Positions 8,775 through 17,409 of a stretch of DNA of 64,000 nt are shown here, piece by piece. Source of the stretch: a virus. The position numbers and the translations under genes were made by a program. The stretch covers positions 45,322 through 109,321 of IMG/VR virus record IMGVR_UViG_3300032893_000012. One strand, written 5' to 3'. Numbering within the stretch: position 1 is the stretch's first letter; the number at the start of each line of letters is the position of its first letter. The notes under the pieces are model-generated. The model did no database searches and was not told where the DNA came from. It saw only the letters and a list, made by a program, of their open reading frames with translations.

Positions 8775-10456
8775 TAGGAGTTTCCTTGTCCAGAAATATT
8801 CGGTGGTGCCCACGTCTGTCGCGATGCAGGTGAAGGCGAAATAGGCGGCGGTAGATTCGCTGGCGGAGGAGGAAGCGGCGCTGCGGTCGGGGGCAATTGA
8901 TGCGGATCCACCGCTGCCGCAACGAATCCTGGCGGTGGTTGGTAGTCTGGCGGCACCTCTAAGTAGCCTGGCGGCAACACGCGCTTCTGTTCTGGAGCTC
9001 GATTTTGACTCTTCTGGATCGCCTCGCGTTGTTCACCGAGCCACTTGAGAAAGCTTCCCAGGTTCGCCGCTGCAGATTCGCCCCAGCGCATAGTGCCATC
9101 CGCTTTGCTGTACGCGATCTTGCCGTTGCCAGTATCGAGAATTTTGATCGGACTGTCGTCTTCTTCGGTCGCTACCGGTTCCGGCGCTTCTCGCTCTTCG
9201 TCCGTCCCTAGAATACTTCCAAATTCTTTCGCGGTAGCTACAGCCGTGCGTACCAATGTCAGCGATTCTTTGAGATGCTCCGCCGCAGTTTGCTGGCGCG
9301 GTGGCTGCTCACTGCTGTATCGCGGTGGCGGTGGCGGCGCCTGACCTGGATCTCCTTGCGGGTAATACTGACGCTGAGGCCCCATGCGCGCGCCCGATCC
9401 GGGCCCCATGTTCGGAACGAACAGCGACGCTAGTCGGTCGATCGGTACGAAACCGAGCGGCGTCCACACCGTGCCCTGAGGAGCAGGTATCGGGGGCGCA
9501 CCCATCATTCCTGGAACGAAGCTTGGTACCGCTGGCGGCGTCGGCGGCGCTCCCTGCGTTACCTGTTGCGGCTGCATGGACTGCGCGAGAGTGAGCATCC
9601 GCTGGAACCATTCCATCATCGTCGGCATGTCCGCCCCCGGTGGGGGCATTGGCGGCGGCGGCGGAGGAGGCGGCGGCGCTTGCGGCGGAGGCTGCATGCT
9701 CTGAACTATTTGCTGCATCCGCTGAAACCACTCGAACATCGTACCCATGTCGGGTCCAGCCGGCGCCTGAACAACGACTGGTACTTGCGGCGGCTGCGGC
9801 GACGGAGCTGTCGCAGCTGCGGGCGGATACGCTGGTTGCGGCTGCGGGGGCGAGTAACCAGGTTGAGCTGGATAACCGGGCAGCGGATACTGTGGTGGAT
9901 AGCCGGGCGGATATGGATATGACATCGGCTGTCCTTGCTGCGGTCGAGTATCCGGCAATGTGATCTTACCGTTACCGCGAAACTGCTTGCTATTGGTGTC
10001 GAGGATTTTGACCTCGTAGTCGGCCTCACCGTGCTGGCCGTGAATGATCTTGAGCGCGTCGTAGAGTTCCGCCGCGGATCTTGGACGACTGATGATTACT
10101 TGCTGGACCGGAGTTCCAGTAAGCCGTCTAACGTGTATGTCGAGTGTGTTTGCTGGCCAATACCGAAGAAGCGTCTCGTACGTGGTGAGCAGATCACCGG
10201 TGTTGAACGAGACCTTGCTCTGGTTCGAGCGCTTCTTGTCGACGATAGCGTCGAGGCGACGGTTTTCACGTACGCTTTCGGCGTCGACGGCGCCTATCGC
10301 GCGAACGGCATCTTCGGATGCTACGAGTTCGCCAGTGTCCTCGTCACGTTCAGCCCCAACCTCGGCCAGGACGTCGGCCTCGTCCTCCTGCGCAGGTGTA
10401 TTCGAGGCTGTATGCGCAGGAGGCGATTCACTGCGAATTCGTCTACGTGTTCCCAT
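8774..10456 (-). CDS. Pro/Gln-rich low-complexity protein with an internal duplicated helix
   Basis: 560 aa; poly-Pro tracts; DMxTMxEWFQRMxxxxQSMQP occurs twice. Confidence 0.75.
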   Translation of the reverse strand: MGTRRRIRSESPPAHTASNTPAQEDEADVLAEVGAERDEDTGELVASEDAVRAIGAVDAESVRENRRLDAIVDKKRSNQSKVSFNTGDLLTTYETLLRYWPANTLDIHVRRLTGTPVQQVIISRPRSAAELYDALKIIHGQHGEADYEVKILDTNSKQFRGNGKITLPDTRPQQGQPMSYPYPPGYPPQYPLPGYPAQPGYSPPQPQPAYPPAAATAPSPQPPQVPVVVQAPAGPDMGTMFEWFQRMQQIVQSMQPPPQAPPPPPPPPPMPPPGADMPTMMEWFQRMLTLAQSMQPQQVTQGAPPTPPAVPSFVPGMMGAPPIPAPQGTVWTPLGFVPIDRLASLFVPNMGPGSGARMGPQRQYYPQGDPGQAPPPPPRYSSEQPPRQQTAAEHLKESLTLVRTAVATAKEFGSILGTDEEREAPEPVATEEDDSPIKILDTGNGKIAYSKADGTMRWGESAAANLGSFLKWLGEQREAIQKSQNRAPEQKRVLPPGYLEVPPDYQPPPGFVAAAVDPHQLPPTAAPLPPPPANLPPPISPSPASRQTWAPPNISGQGNS

Positions 10457-10459
10457 CGT

Positions 10460-10849
10460 TCAAACTTGCGCCTGTCCGCCCGTCGTCTGCTGCGGTTCTT
10501 CCTCTTCTGGTTCGGTTCCGTCAGATTCGGCTGCCTCGAGTTCGTCAGCGAAGACCTCGAGAGGCATCGCCTCTTGTACGAATCGAATTCGACCCATTGG
10601 AACGAAGTCGCGCATACCTACTGCGTCACCACCTTCAACCGCATCCAAATACGAGAAAATCTCGATTCCTCCGCCCGCATCTGTTCCAATGAACATACGT
10701 ACGACTTTCGCGCCTGGCACGTGCGGATGCTCGCTACCCACCGCCCATCGTGTGGTCTCAGGCTGCCCCGATACGGGAGCTAGATTGTCACTGATCACGA
10801 GTGTGACCATTGGATAGGTCGGAGGCGGAAGCTTAAAAACTGTCGTCAC
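10460..10849 (-). CDS. Hypothetical acidic protein
   Basis: GTGA-coupled 129 aa ORF. Confidence 0.65.
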   Translation of the reverse strand: MTTVFKLPPPTYPMVTLVISDNLAPVSGQPETTRWAVGSEHPHVPGAKVVRMFIGTDAGGGIEIFSYLDAVEGGDAVGMRDFVPMGRIRFVQEAMPLEVFADELEAAESDGTEPEEEEPQQTTGGQAQV

Positions 10850-11448
10850 AGCGCGTTATCCTCCAAGAATGAGTAGTAGCTCCGCCTACGAGCGTCGCCG
10901 GCGACGATAATGTGGTCGAGGAACTTGATGTCAATGGTTTCGAACGCATCAACGAAGGCGTCTGTCGTTTCGATGTCCGCCTCGCTCGGTTCGGCTTCGA
11001 TGCCCGACGGGTGTACGTGGAAGATGATCACCGCGTGCGCCCCGTCCGCTACGGCGGCTTGAAGAGTCGGTAGGATGGGTGCCATCACGCTGGACGGCTC
11101 CCCACGTCCGGTCTCAGCAAGACCCTTGAATCGTAAATGCAGATCAAGCGTCACGACTCCGAAAACCTCATTGACCTCGTCTTCGATGGCCTCACCGATG
11201 AGATGGAAGGCCTTTTCCGGTTCGTCGAGCGGTCCGATCTGATCTGAGAGCGCGTTACACGCCGCGAACCTGTCAGCGTCCTTCTGAATCGTCAAAAACG
11301 GACGGCACCGCGCGCCGCGCTTGCCATCGATGATGAGCGGTTCTACTTCGCGCGGTCGTCGCGGGGCCACCCGATCCCGTACAATACCGCGGATGGCATG
11401 TTCCGAGACTCCGTGCATGCGAGTAAGCGGCCTGCACGCGCAAGTCAC
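10846..11448 (-). CDS. JAB/MPN (RadC-like) domain protein
   Basis: EVFGV..HVHPSG..PSEADIETT..FLDHIIV, an intact JAMM motif. Confidence 0.9.
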   Translation of the reverse strand: MTCACRPLTRMHGVSEHAIRGIVRDRVAPRRPREVEPLIIDGKRGARCRPFLTIQKDADRFAACNALSDQIGPLDEPEKAFHLIGEAIEDEVNEVFGVVTLDLHLRFKGLAETGRGEPSSVMAPILPTLQAAVADGAHAVIIFHVHPSGIEAEPSEADIETTDAFVDAFETIDIKFLDHIIVAGDARRRSYYSFLEDNAL

Positions 11449-11753
11449 GCTACAGCCGCCTGTATTGATGCGCCTTTCAGATCGACAAATTCATCTAGCG
11501 ATACGCCGCGCACGCGGCAGATCGCTTCGTCGATCTTGAAAGTGACGCAATGCCTCTTGAAGGTCATGTCGTACACTTTTTGTGCCACGACGATGTCTCC
11601 CGGCTTGTATCCTGCAGCCTCTGCCGCTGGACCAACCTCGTCGAGCAGGAAACAGCGCGTGACACCTTTCGCGTGATCAAGCACCAGTTCACTGGTCGGT
11701 TTCGGCACAAGAGCGCGTCCGATGACCCAATCGTTAACAGGTTCGAGCTTCAC
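11445..11753 (-). CDS. Divergent GroES-like co-chaperonin
   Basis: MKLEPVNDWVI..ELVL..VGP..KPGDIVV..DEAICRV follows the GroES pattern (LxPLxDRV, VGxG, GDxV). Confidence 0.65.
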   Translation of the reverse strand: MKLEPVNDWVIGRALVPKPTSELVLDHAKGVTRCFLLDEVGPAAEAAGYKPGDIVVAQKVYDMTFKRHCVTFKIDEAICRVRGVSLDEFVDLKGASIQAAVA

Positions 11754-12334
11754 GTCTGTTCCTCTTCTTGTTCGATAGTGAATCGATCGTAGAAAGACTG
11801 CGAAGGTGACGGAGGGGTTAGCGCAGCGATGGTACCGTCCGTATTCGGCGGAGGTTCGACCGTTGCGCTTTGAAGGCGAGCCAGTTCCGCTTTCGTTGTT
11901 TCGAGCTCGATCTCGAGAGCCATACGCGAGGTTAATACTTCACTGAAATACTCACGACTTGGGGCGAAGTACGGTTCCTGTGCCGGCGGACGCGCAGCGA
12001 GAGGAGCAAACTGTCGTGCGGCGTTCAATACAACGAGAGCGTTCATGCGCTGTTCGCGGTCAGGGCAACCTCGAGTGATCAGAACAGCAGGCTTCCCTGA
12101 ATCTGAAGTGTCGTAGCGATCGTTTACGCACGGTTCCGTTTCATCGTCTTTGCCGGGACAGCCGTTCACGTGCGCGCATCGTTCAAGTATTCCGAAGGCA
12201 GCGCGCGCCGCAATCTGCCAGCCGACTTTGTTGCGCCACAGAGCGAGCTTGACGGCGTTCCAGTCGCGTACCGATATCGGTACCTTCTGATCGACTGGAG
12301 TTTCGAGCCCCTGCCTTCTTTTTTCGTTCATCAT
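11750..12334 (-). CDS. Hypothetical protein
   Basis: 194 aa coupled ORF. Confidence 0.65.
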   Translation of the reverse strand: MMNEKRRQGLETPVDQKVPISVRDWNAVKLALWRNKVGWQIAARAAFGILERCAHVNGCPGKDDETEPCVNDRYDTSDSGKPAVLITRGCPDREQRMNALVVLNAARQFAPLAARPPAQEPYFAPSREYFSEVLTSRMALEIELETTKAELARLQSATVEPPPNTDGTIAALTPPSPSQSFYDRFTIEQEEEQT

Positions 12335-12681
12335 CAGATCGTCGCTCCGTCTGGTTCAACGATGCGGATGTACCCGTCGCTCGGAGGGCGCTTAGCCGCT
12401 TGAACAAGGATCGAGCGCATCCACGCGCTCATGCTTAGTCCGCGTTTCTTCGCTCTTTCTTCGATCAAACGGTACTGAGCCGGCGTGAGCTTGACGCCCG
12501 CGGTCTTGGCCTTGAGCGGTAGACGTTCGGTTGGACGTTCGTTTGCCGTTCGTTTGCCTTTCGTTGACGCTTTCGTATACTGCTCTCCGTCCGCTAGACG
12601 TGTCAAGACGCTAGACGTAGACTCAGCGTACGGATGGCACAGTTCGGCATCGGACCTGAACTCGCGGCACAGTGCCCACAA
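12334..12681 (-). CDS. Ribbon-helix-helix DNA-binding protein (start uncertain)
   Basis: KTAGVKLTPAQYRLIEERAKKRGLSMSAWMRSIL, CopG/MobC-like; no clear ATG near the domain. Confidence 0.7.
   Translation of the reverse strand: MWALCREFRSDAELCHPYAESTSSVLTRLADGEQYTKASTKGKRTANERPTERLPLKAKTAGVKLTPAQYRLIEERAKKRGLSMSAWMRSILVQAAKRPPSDGYIRIVEPDGATI
12535..12567 (+). repeat. 3 x 11-bp tandem array overlapping a putative sigma70 promoter
   Basis: acgttcgtttg ccgttcgtttg cctttcgttga; TTGCCT(12554)-N16-TATACT(12576). Confidence 0.65.
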
Positions 12682-13047
12682 GCGTCGACGCCAGACGGTT
12701 GGCGTCCGTGGTCACCTGACGCAGATGGGCCAATTCCGGACGCTCTAGCTGCGCGCGCGGCTGCTCTTGTGGGCGATCAGGCGACCGCGCTCGGAGCGAC
12801 AGAAAGCTATCCTCTTCCAGGGGTTACGACACTTATTCGAATCGAACCACGTGTCTGGGGACGCGATGCACAGGGCGCACTCGTCGAGGGGTGCTTTCGA
12901 AGTGGCGGTGTCTATCTACCGTACGGAACCCCGGCAGGCGCAGCGACACCGAGCGACGACAAGCTCGCAAAAACAGTTGGAGTACTCACCGCGGTGAGCC
13001 TGGTGGTCGGAACTGCGGCAACGATTGCTACCTGGGGACGTCGATGA
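12634..13047 (+). CDS. Membrane-anchored protein, putative virion protein
   Basis: C-terminal TM helix followed by GRR; N-terminal QFGIG motif. Confidence 0.7.
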   Translation: MAQFGIGPELAAQCPQASTPDGWRPWSPDADGPIPDALAARAAALVGDQATALGATESYPLPGVTTLIRIEPRVWGRDAQGALVEGCFRSGGVYLPYGTPAGAATPSDDKLAKTVGVLTAVSLVVGTAATIATWGRR

Positions 13048-13226
13048 CCATCGAACGTAATGGTCGTACTGTTGTTGGATTCGGAGATGAGGCTGTTTCG
13101 CTTCCGATCAAAGCGCCGCCGTCGACGTGGACCGTTGCGCTCGCGACGAGCGTCGTTGGCGCTGCGACAGGATGGGTCATCGAGGAAATAGCGAGCAACA
13201 TCCGAGGTCGAAAGAAGCGCCAATAA
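13044..13226 (+). CDS. Small membrane protein with an NGxxVVGFGD leader
   Basis: ATGA coupling; hydrophobic helix and basic tail. Confidence 0.7.
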   Translation: MTIERNGRTVVGFGDEAVSLPIKAPPSTWTVALATSVVGAATGWVIEEIASNIRGRKKRQ

Positions 13227-13849
13227 TGAACGAGCAGATTCGAATCAATGGCGCATCTGTCGTCGGGCTCGGGGACGCGAAAGTTGTGGCGCCTCCAAGT
13301 TCCCGTGTAGCGCAAACACTCGCGGATGCTTTTCTCGGTGCGGCAGCGGGAGCAGGGCTCGGTGGGCTTATCGGAGGGAAGACTGGCGCACTAATCGGCG
13401 TCGCGGTTGGGGGTATCGGTGTGGGAGCAGTTACGTATGCGGTGCTGGGAGAGGATACGTGGAATACATCACCTCTACCTCCAACAACGACATCTGTCTG
13501 GCGCCAGCTCACTCAACCGACTGACAGCGTGAAGGCGGGAGAGGAGATGGCCGTAGCGATCTTAGGACCCAACAGGACACCTCTGTCGCCGGATCTGATC
13601 GCGCAGCTAGATGCTGCACTTGCATTGATTCCTAGCTACAACGTGACGGCGCTCATAGCGAAGTATCCGCCAGGAACATCGCCGCCTGCAAACGATTGGC
13701 CCTCAGACTATGTGATACCGCCCGGAATGAGAGATGATTTCGGTCCCGGCGCGTATCGCGTGCTACTTCGTGCGCTTATCGATTCCCCTCCGACGTTCTG
13801 GCACTCCGTACCATCAAATGTCGGGACGTTCGGAATATGGGCACGATGA
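13226..13849 (+). CDS. Glycine-zipper membrane protein with an NGxxVVGLGD leader
   Basis: TAATG coupling; GAAAGAGLGGLIGG..GVAVGG. Confidence 0.7.
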   Translation: MNEQIRINGASVVGLGDAKVVAPPSSRVAQTLADAFLGAAAGAGLGGLIGGKTGALIGVAVGGIGVGAVTYAVLGEDTWNTSPLPPTTTSVWRQLTQPTDSVKAGEEMAVAILGPNRTPLSPDLIAQLDAALALIPSYNVTALIAKYPPGTSPPANDWPSDYVIPPGMRDDFGPGAYRVLLRALIDSPPTFWHSVPSNVGTFGIWAR

Positions 13850-14400
13850 AGTACGGCGGTTACTCTGAAGCGGAGGCAACGATGATCTTTCTCGGCGAAA
13901 CGGCGTTCCTAGGCGCGTGTCCCGTCATTCGGCCGGAAGGGATCTATCTCGATGGGCAGCGTGTGATTAGATTTGGGCTCGGTGCCGTAGAACGCAAAAA
14001 TCCGCTACCTGCAGGAAGATACTGGGTCGATGTTTTCGCAAAAGATTCAGACGCTTTTGGCGCATGGCTCAACTCAAATAAAGCCACCGTTCAGGTACGC
14101 ACAACGGAACATTTTGACTCGGATCCGGTACGTGATTGGTACCTGTTTGAAGTAAGCGTTCCGACTCCGTGGCAGGGACCTGGTTTTCCAACTATCGCTG
14201 GGCCGCACGTAACGAGTTCGAGCGATACCGCACAACGACCCGATCCAGTACCTTCAGTCGCGACACAGGTTGAAAAAGAACTCGCGGATCTGAAAAGCGC
14301 AACCAGAACCGCGACATGGATCGGTGCTGCGGTTCTCGTCGTGGTTGGTGGAGCTCTACTCGTCTACTACGTACCTCGCCCTGCAACGCGATCTAGATGA
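13846..14400 (+). CDS. Membrane-anchored protein with a DGxxVIRFGLGA motif
   Basis: ATGA coupling; C-terminal TM helix. Confidence 0.7.
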   Translation: MKYGGYSEAEATMIFLGETAFLGACPVIRPEGIYLDGQRVIRFGLGAVERKNPLPAGRYWVDVFAKDSDAFGAWLNSNKATVQVRTTEHFDSDPVRDWYLFEVSVPTPWQGPGFPTIAGPHVTSSSDTAQRPDPVPSVATQVEKELADLKSATRTATWIGAAVLVVVGGALLVYYVPRPATRSR

Positions 14401-14603
14401 CGCTTCGAGCTCGCATTCAAGAATTGGAAGAACGAGTCGAAGCGATAGCCGCAGAACTCGCTGACGTACGTCAAAATCTACTCGAAGCCCTAGCGCGAGC
14501 AATCCACGGGCCGTCCCAACCGCCCCCGATACTCTCACTTCAGTCGCAAGACCCAAGCGAGAACGACGATGCCGACCACAATCACGAAAAGAATAAACGC
14601 TGA
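14397..14603 (+). CDS. Small coiled-coil protein
   Basis: ATGA coupling; heptad pattern. Confidence 0.5.
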   Translation: MTLRARIQELEERVEAIAAELADVRQNLLEALARAIHGPSQPPPILSLQSQDPSENDDADHNHEKNKR

Positions 14604-14858
14604 CGGGCGCGCGTTTTTCAATAGGACGCGGAGCCCAGTCGGACGAAGCGAAAACTGCGTTTCGCTCGGCAACTCATCTCGATAGCGATCGATCGCACTC
14701 TGGCTCTGCCGATCCTCTGCCTCGCCCTGCAGTGTCGCAAGTTCGTTTCCGAGTCGTCGTACACGCCCCCAGATCACGATAACCTCGGCTTTTAGCTCAT
14801 CGACTTCCCGCTCCAGGTCGAGTCGGCGCTGGCGTTCATCAGTCGGCATACCCACCAA
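14535..14858 (-). CDS. Coiled-coil protein with a C-terminal TM helix (holin-like architecture possible)
   Basis: Heptads followed by FILFVIVVGIVVLAWVL. Confidence 0.55.
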   Translation of the reverse strand: MVGMPTDERQRRLDLEREVDELKAEVIVIWGRVRRLGNELATLQGEAEDRQSQSAIDRYRDELPSETQFSLRPTGLRVLLKNARPSAFILFVIVVGIVVLAWVLRLK

Positions 14859-14915
14859 GGTAGCGCGAACTCACGCATTTCGCTTGACGGTACCGCAAGC
14901 GGTACTCTCGGGTTG

Positions 14916-15167
14916 TCAGCGCGGTAACTGTTGCGTCGGTACTGGTGCGGGTTCGTCACTTCCGATTGTCCCACCGATGAATGCTCCGACCACTGCGCCG
15001 GTCGCGCCGCCAACCACCATCGCGTCTTCGATATCTGCGCCACGTTGAGCCGCAGTGTATCTGACGCGCGGACGATACCGCGCTGCGTAATGCCCAGCGG
15101 CAGCGCCGGCAGCACCCCCGACTAACGCACCAAGCGCGCTCCAGAGACCAGTCTTGGCGTTGCTCAT
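14916..15167 (-). CDS. Small glycine-zipper membrane protein
   Basis: Two GxxxG helices; similar to 221..445. Confidence 0.7.
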   Translation of the reverse strand: MSNAKTGLWSALGALVGGAAGAAAGHYAARYRPRVRYTAAQRGADIEDAMVVGGATGAVVGAFIGGTIGSDEPAPVPTQQLPR

Positions 15168-15179
15168 GGAATTTTGCTT

Positions 15180-15578
15180 TCAGTTCGTAGCTGTCGTCTC
15201 GTACGAGACGGCGAACAACACGGTGTCCATCGTCAAAGTGTCATTACCGCGAGCCACGACGAGCCATAGTGCCTCCGCTTCCGAGGGAAGGTGCACCATG
15301 CTGTGCGCCGACTTGTGGGCGATCGTGAGTGCGCGTAACAATGCGGGCGCTTTCGAACCCATTTTCTCTCGAAACCATTTCACGTAGGCGGGGCGTGGCA
15401 TCGCCTGAAAACCACTCGGGTCCTGCTCCGACACTAGAAGAACGAGATCGCTCGTCTTGAACGTATCGCGCGCAACTCGATAGGCGCCGAGAATGTCTTC
15501 CGGCGCGAACAGTTGCGTGATCAAGCGTTTGCAGTTTTCTGCTGTATTCGGAGCGAAATCGATTCCTGTTCGACGCAT
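15180..15578 (-). CDS. Hypothetical protein
   Basis: GAGGAG SD; 132 aa. Confidence 0.65.
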   Translation of the reverse strand: MRRTGIDFAPNTAENCKRLITQLFAPEDILGAYRVARDTFKTSDLVLLVSEQDPSGFQAMPRPAYVKWFREKMGSKAPALLRALTIAHKSAHSMVHLPSEAEALWLVVARGNDTLTMDTVLFAVSYETTATN

Positions 15579-15604
15579 CTCCTCATGCTACCATATCTTT
15601 CGCC

Positions 15605-16222
15605 ATGGTCGGAATCGCGCAACACGTTCCGCTCTTCACCAAGATGGTCGATAGGTTAGCGCCGATTTCCGCCGAGCTTGCATCGGCGTTCAAGGCAGCT
15701 GGAATAGGGGTCGTCGGACGCTACCTGGAAACGCTTACTCCGTACGAACGCGACAATCTGTTCGAGGTCGGACTCGGAATTTTACCCCTCTCGAAGGCGC
15801 CCCCTCAACCTCTCTCGGCAGCGTTCGGGCGCGCTCGTGCTGAGGAGCTACTTCAAAAAGCGTCGTTGCTCGGCGTTCCGGCAGGCGTGCACCTCATGAT
15901 CGATCTCGAGGCGCAGCAGGGGGATCACACGGATGTCGTTGGCTACGACAGCGAACTTTCAACCGAGATCGCTCGCATCGGTTACATTCCGCTCGCGTAC
16001 ATCGGAGCCGATCAGCGACTCTCGAGCGCAGAACTGTTCACGCTTCCAGATATCCATCTCTACTGGCGTGGTGGATCGCTCGGCATTCCGGAACCGGCAT
16101 GCGGGTTCGCTATTTGGCAAATTCCACCGCTCGAACAGCAGGTATGCGGTTCGATTGTCGACATGAGTCTCACTGGAGCCGATCTACGCGGACGTCGACC
16201 GATCTTCTGGTATCCAGACTAG
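15605..16222 (+). CDS. DUF1906 / Rv2525c-like (GH25-related) putative peptidoglycan hydrolase
   Basis: AAGIGVVGRYL..LT..E..GLGILP..G..RA..LGVPAG..IDLE..GY...Y..WQ pattern. Confidence 0.7.
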   Translation: MVGIAQHVPLFTKMVDRLAPISAELASAFKAAGIGVVGRYLETLTPYERDNLFEVGLGILPLSKAPPQPLSAAFGRARAEELLQKASLLGVPAGVHLMIDLEAQQGDHTDVVGYDSELSTEIARIGYIPLAYIGADQRLSSAELFTLPDIHLYWRGGSLGIPEPACGFAIWQIPPLEQQVCGSIVDMSLTGADLRGRRPIFWYPD

Positions 16223-16770
16223 TTCCACTGTTTTCCGTTCACTGGATTCGGACACGCTCCCTCTATGCCGACGTATCCGGTCGTGTTTCCTTCGTAGCCC
16301 CAGACGTAGTTTTTTGGATCGCTCGATGGCGTCTGTACGACATGGATCGCGGTACCGCACCCAGGAGCGACATGACAGTCTCCGCTTCCTGTGGAGGCAG
16401 TGTATGACGAGCATGCCATCAACGCTTGATATATGTTGTACGTACGCAACGGTACGCAGTCGATCCAAACCTGTCCGACACCGTTGTCGTGTATTACGCC
16501 CGAACAGGTCTTGGCTGCTCCACCAGTTCCGGAGCCTCCGGCGCCTTCAGACACTTTCCCAGCTTCGTTTTCGCTAGAGTCGGTGGCGCCACCTGCGGCA
16601 TCACTGTCGACGGTTACCGCGTCGAACGCACCATCAGCTGGGGTTAAGCCTCCGTCGTTCTGGTCGTTACTTGGACTCGCGAAACTGGGTTCGAATCCGA
16701 ACGGGGATCCAGGGTCGCAGCCAGCGACTACCAGCATGCTCAAAACCAGCTTCACCTTCATGTTTTTCAT
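16219..16770 (-). CDS. Cys-rich lipoprotein with a Gly/Asp linker
   Basis: Lipobox VVAGC; GAGGSGTGG linker; Cys-rich C-terminal domain. Confidence 0.7.
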   Translation of the reverse strand: MKNMKVKLVLSMLVVAGCDPGSPFGFEPSFASPSNDQNDGGLTPADGAFDAVTVDSDAAGGATDSSENEAGKVSEGAGGSGTGGAAKTCSGVIHDNGVGQVWIDCVPLRTYNIYQALMACSSYTASTGSGDCHVAPGCGTAIHVVQTPSSDPKNYVWGYEGNTTGYVGIEGACPNPVNGKQWN

Positions 16771-17126
16771 TTGATCTCTCCGAGCACTTCCAGATCGAAC
16801 GATATCGGCAGCTTCAAATCGAAGTTTTCACAACCATCGACATGCTCCGTTCGACCTTCGCAGACAGCGCACGCTGAATATCCAACCGGCGCGTAAGACG
16901 AAGGCTCGCGACCGAGTTTCGTGATCACACGCTGGCGCACACGAAGTTCGATGAGTGCTTCATCGGCGGCGCGTTTCGCGCACTCACGATCGGACGTTCG
17001 CATCTCGTAGGCATACGCTCCGGTATTCTTCTGCGTCGCTTCAGACAGCAACCGCGCGAATATGTCGCCCCAAAAACGACGCTCGATATCGTCCCTGAAC
17101 TCGATCTGCTTCATGACGTGACGCAT
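16767..17126 (-). CDS. Hypothetical protein
   Basis: GGAGG SD; CxxC..H..C near the C-terminus. Confidence 0.55.
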   Translation of the reverse strand: MRHVMKQIEFRDDIERRFWGDIFARLLSEATQKNTGAYAYEMRTSDRECAKRAADEALIELRVRQRVITKLGREPSSYAPVGYSACAVCEGRTEHVDGCENFDLKLPISFDLEVLGEIK

Positions 17127-17151
17127 TCTGGATACCTCCGGCGTCGATGAC

Positions 17152-17409
17152 TTATGCCTTTTCCCGAGTCAACTTCCAGATGCTGTACGAACCCCGATCA
17201 AACAAGCGCGCGATCTCGCGGTAGCCCATGCTCTTGGTGCCGCGTAGCCATCCGTAAACCGCTCGTCGCGCGGCGATGACAGGACCCGTGCGGGGACCCT
17301 CGTAGATCTCCTGGAGCGAGACGCGGGTCGCCTTTGCGCGCTTCTCTAGCTCGGGGCGGAGACCGCTTGAGTCGAGTCGCTTGAGGAACTTTTTGTAGGA
17401 ACGCGTCAT
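17152..17409 (-). CDS. Stand-alone DnaA C-terminal (domain IV)-like HTH protein
   Basis: SLQEIY..PR..VIAARRAVYGWLR..MGYREIARLFDR resembles the DnaA-IV ARQIAMYL..SLPEIGxxFxRDH pattern. Confidence 0.6.
   Translation of the reverse strand: MTRSYKKFLKRLDSSGLRPELEKRAKATRVSLQEIYEGPRTGPVIAARRAVYGWLRGTKSMGYREIARLFDRGSYSIWKLTREKA

Noticed and set aside
8774-10456. PPxY late-domain motifs suggesting eukaryotic budding
   Set aside because: Expected in Pro/Tyr-rich low-complexity sequence; gene signals and wall hydrolases indicate a bacterial host
16640-16712. tRNA-like GGTTCGAATCC...CCA
   Set aside because: The T-stem pairs poorly, there is no acceptor or D arm, and it lies antisense within a lipoprotein CDS
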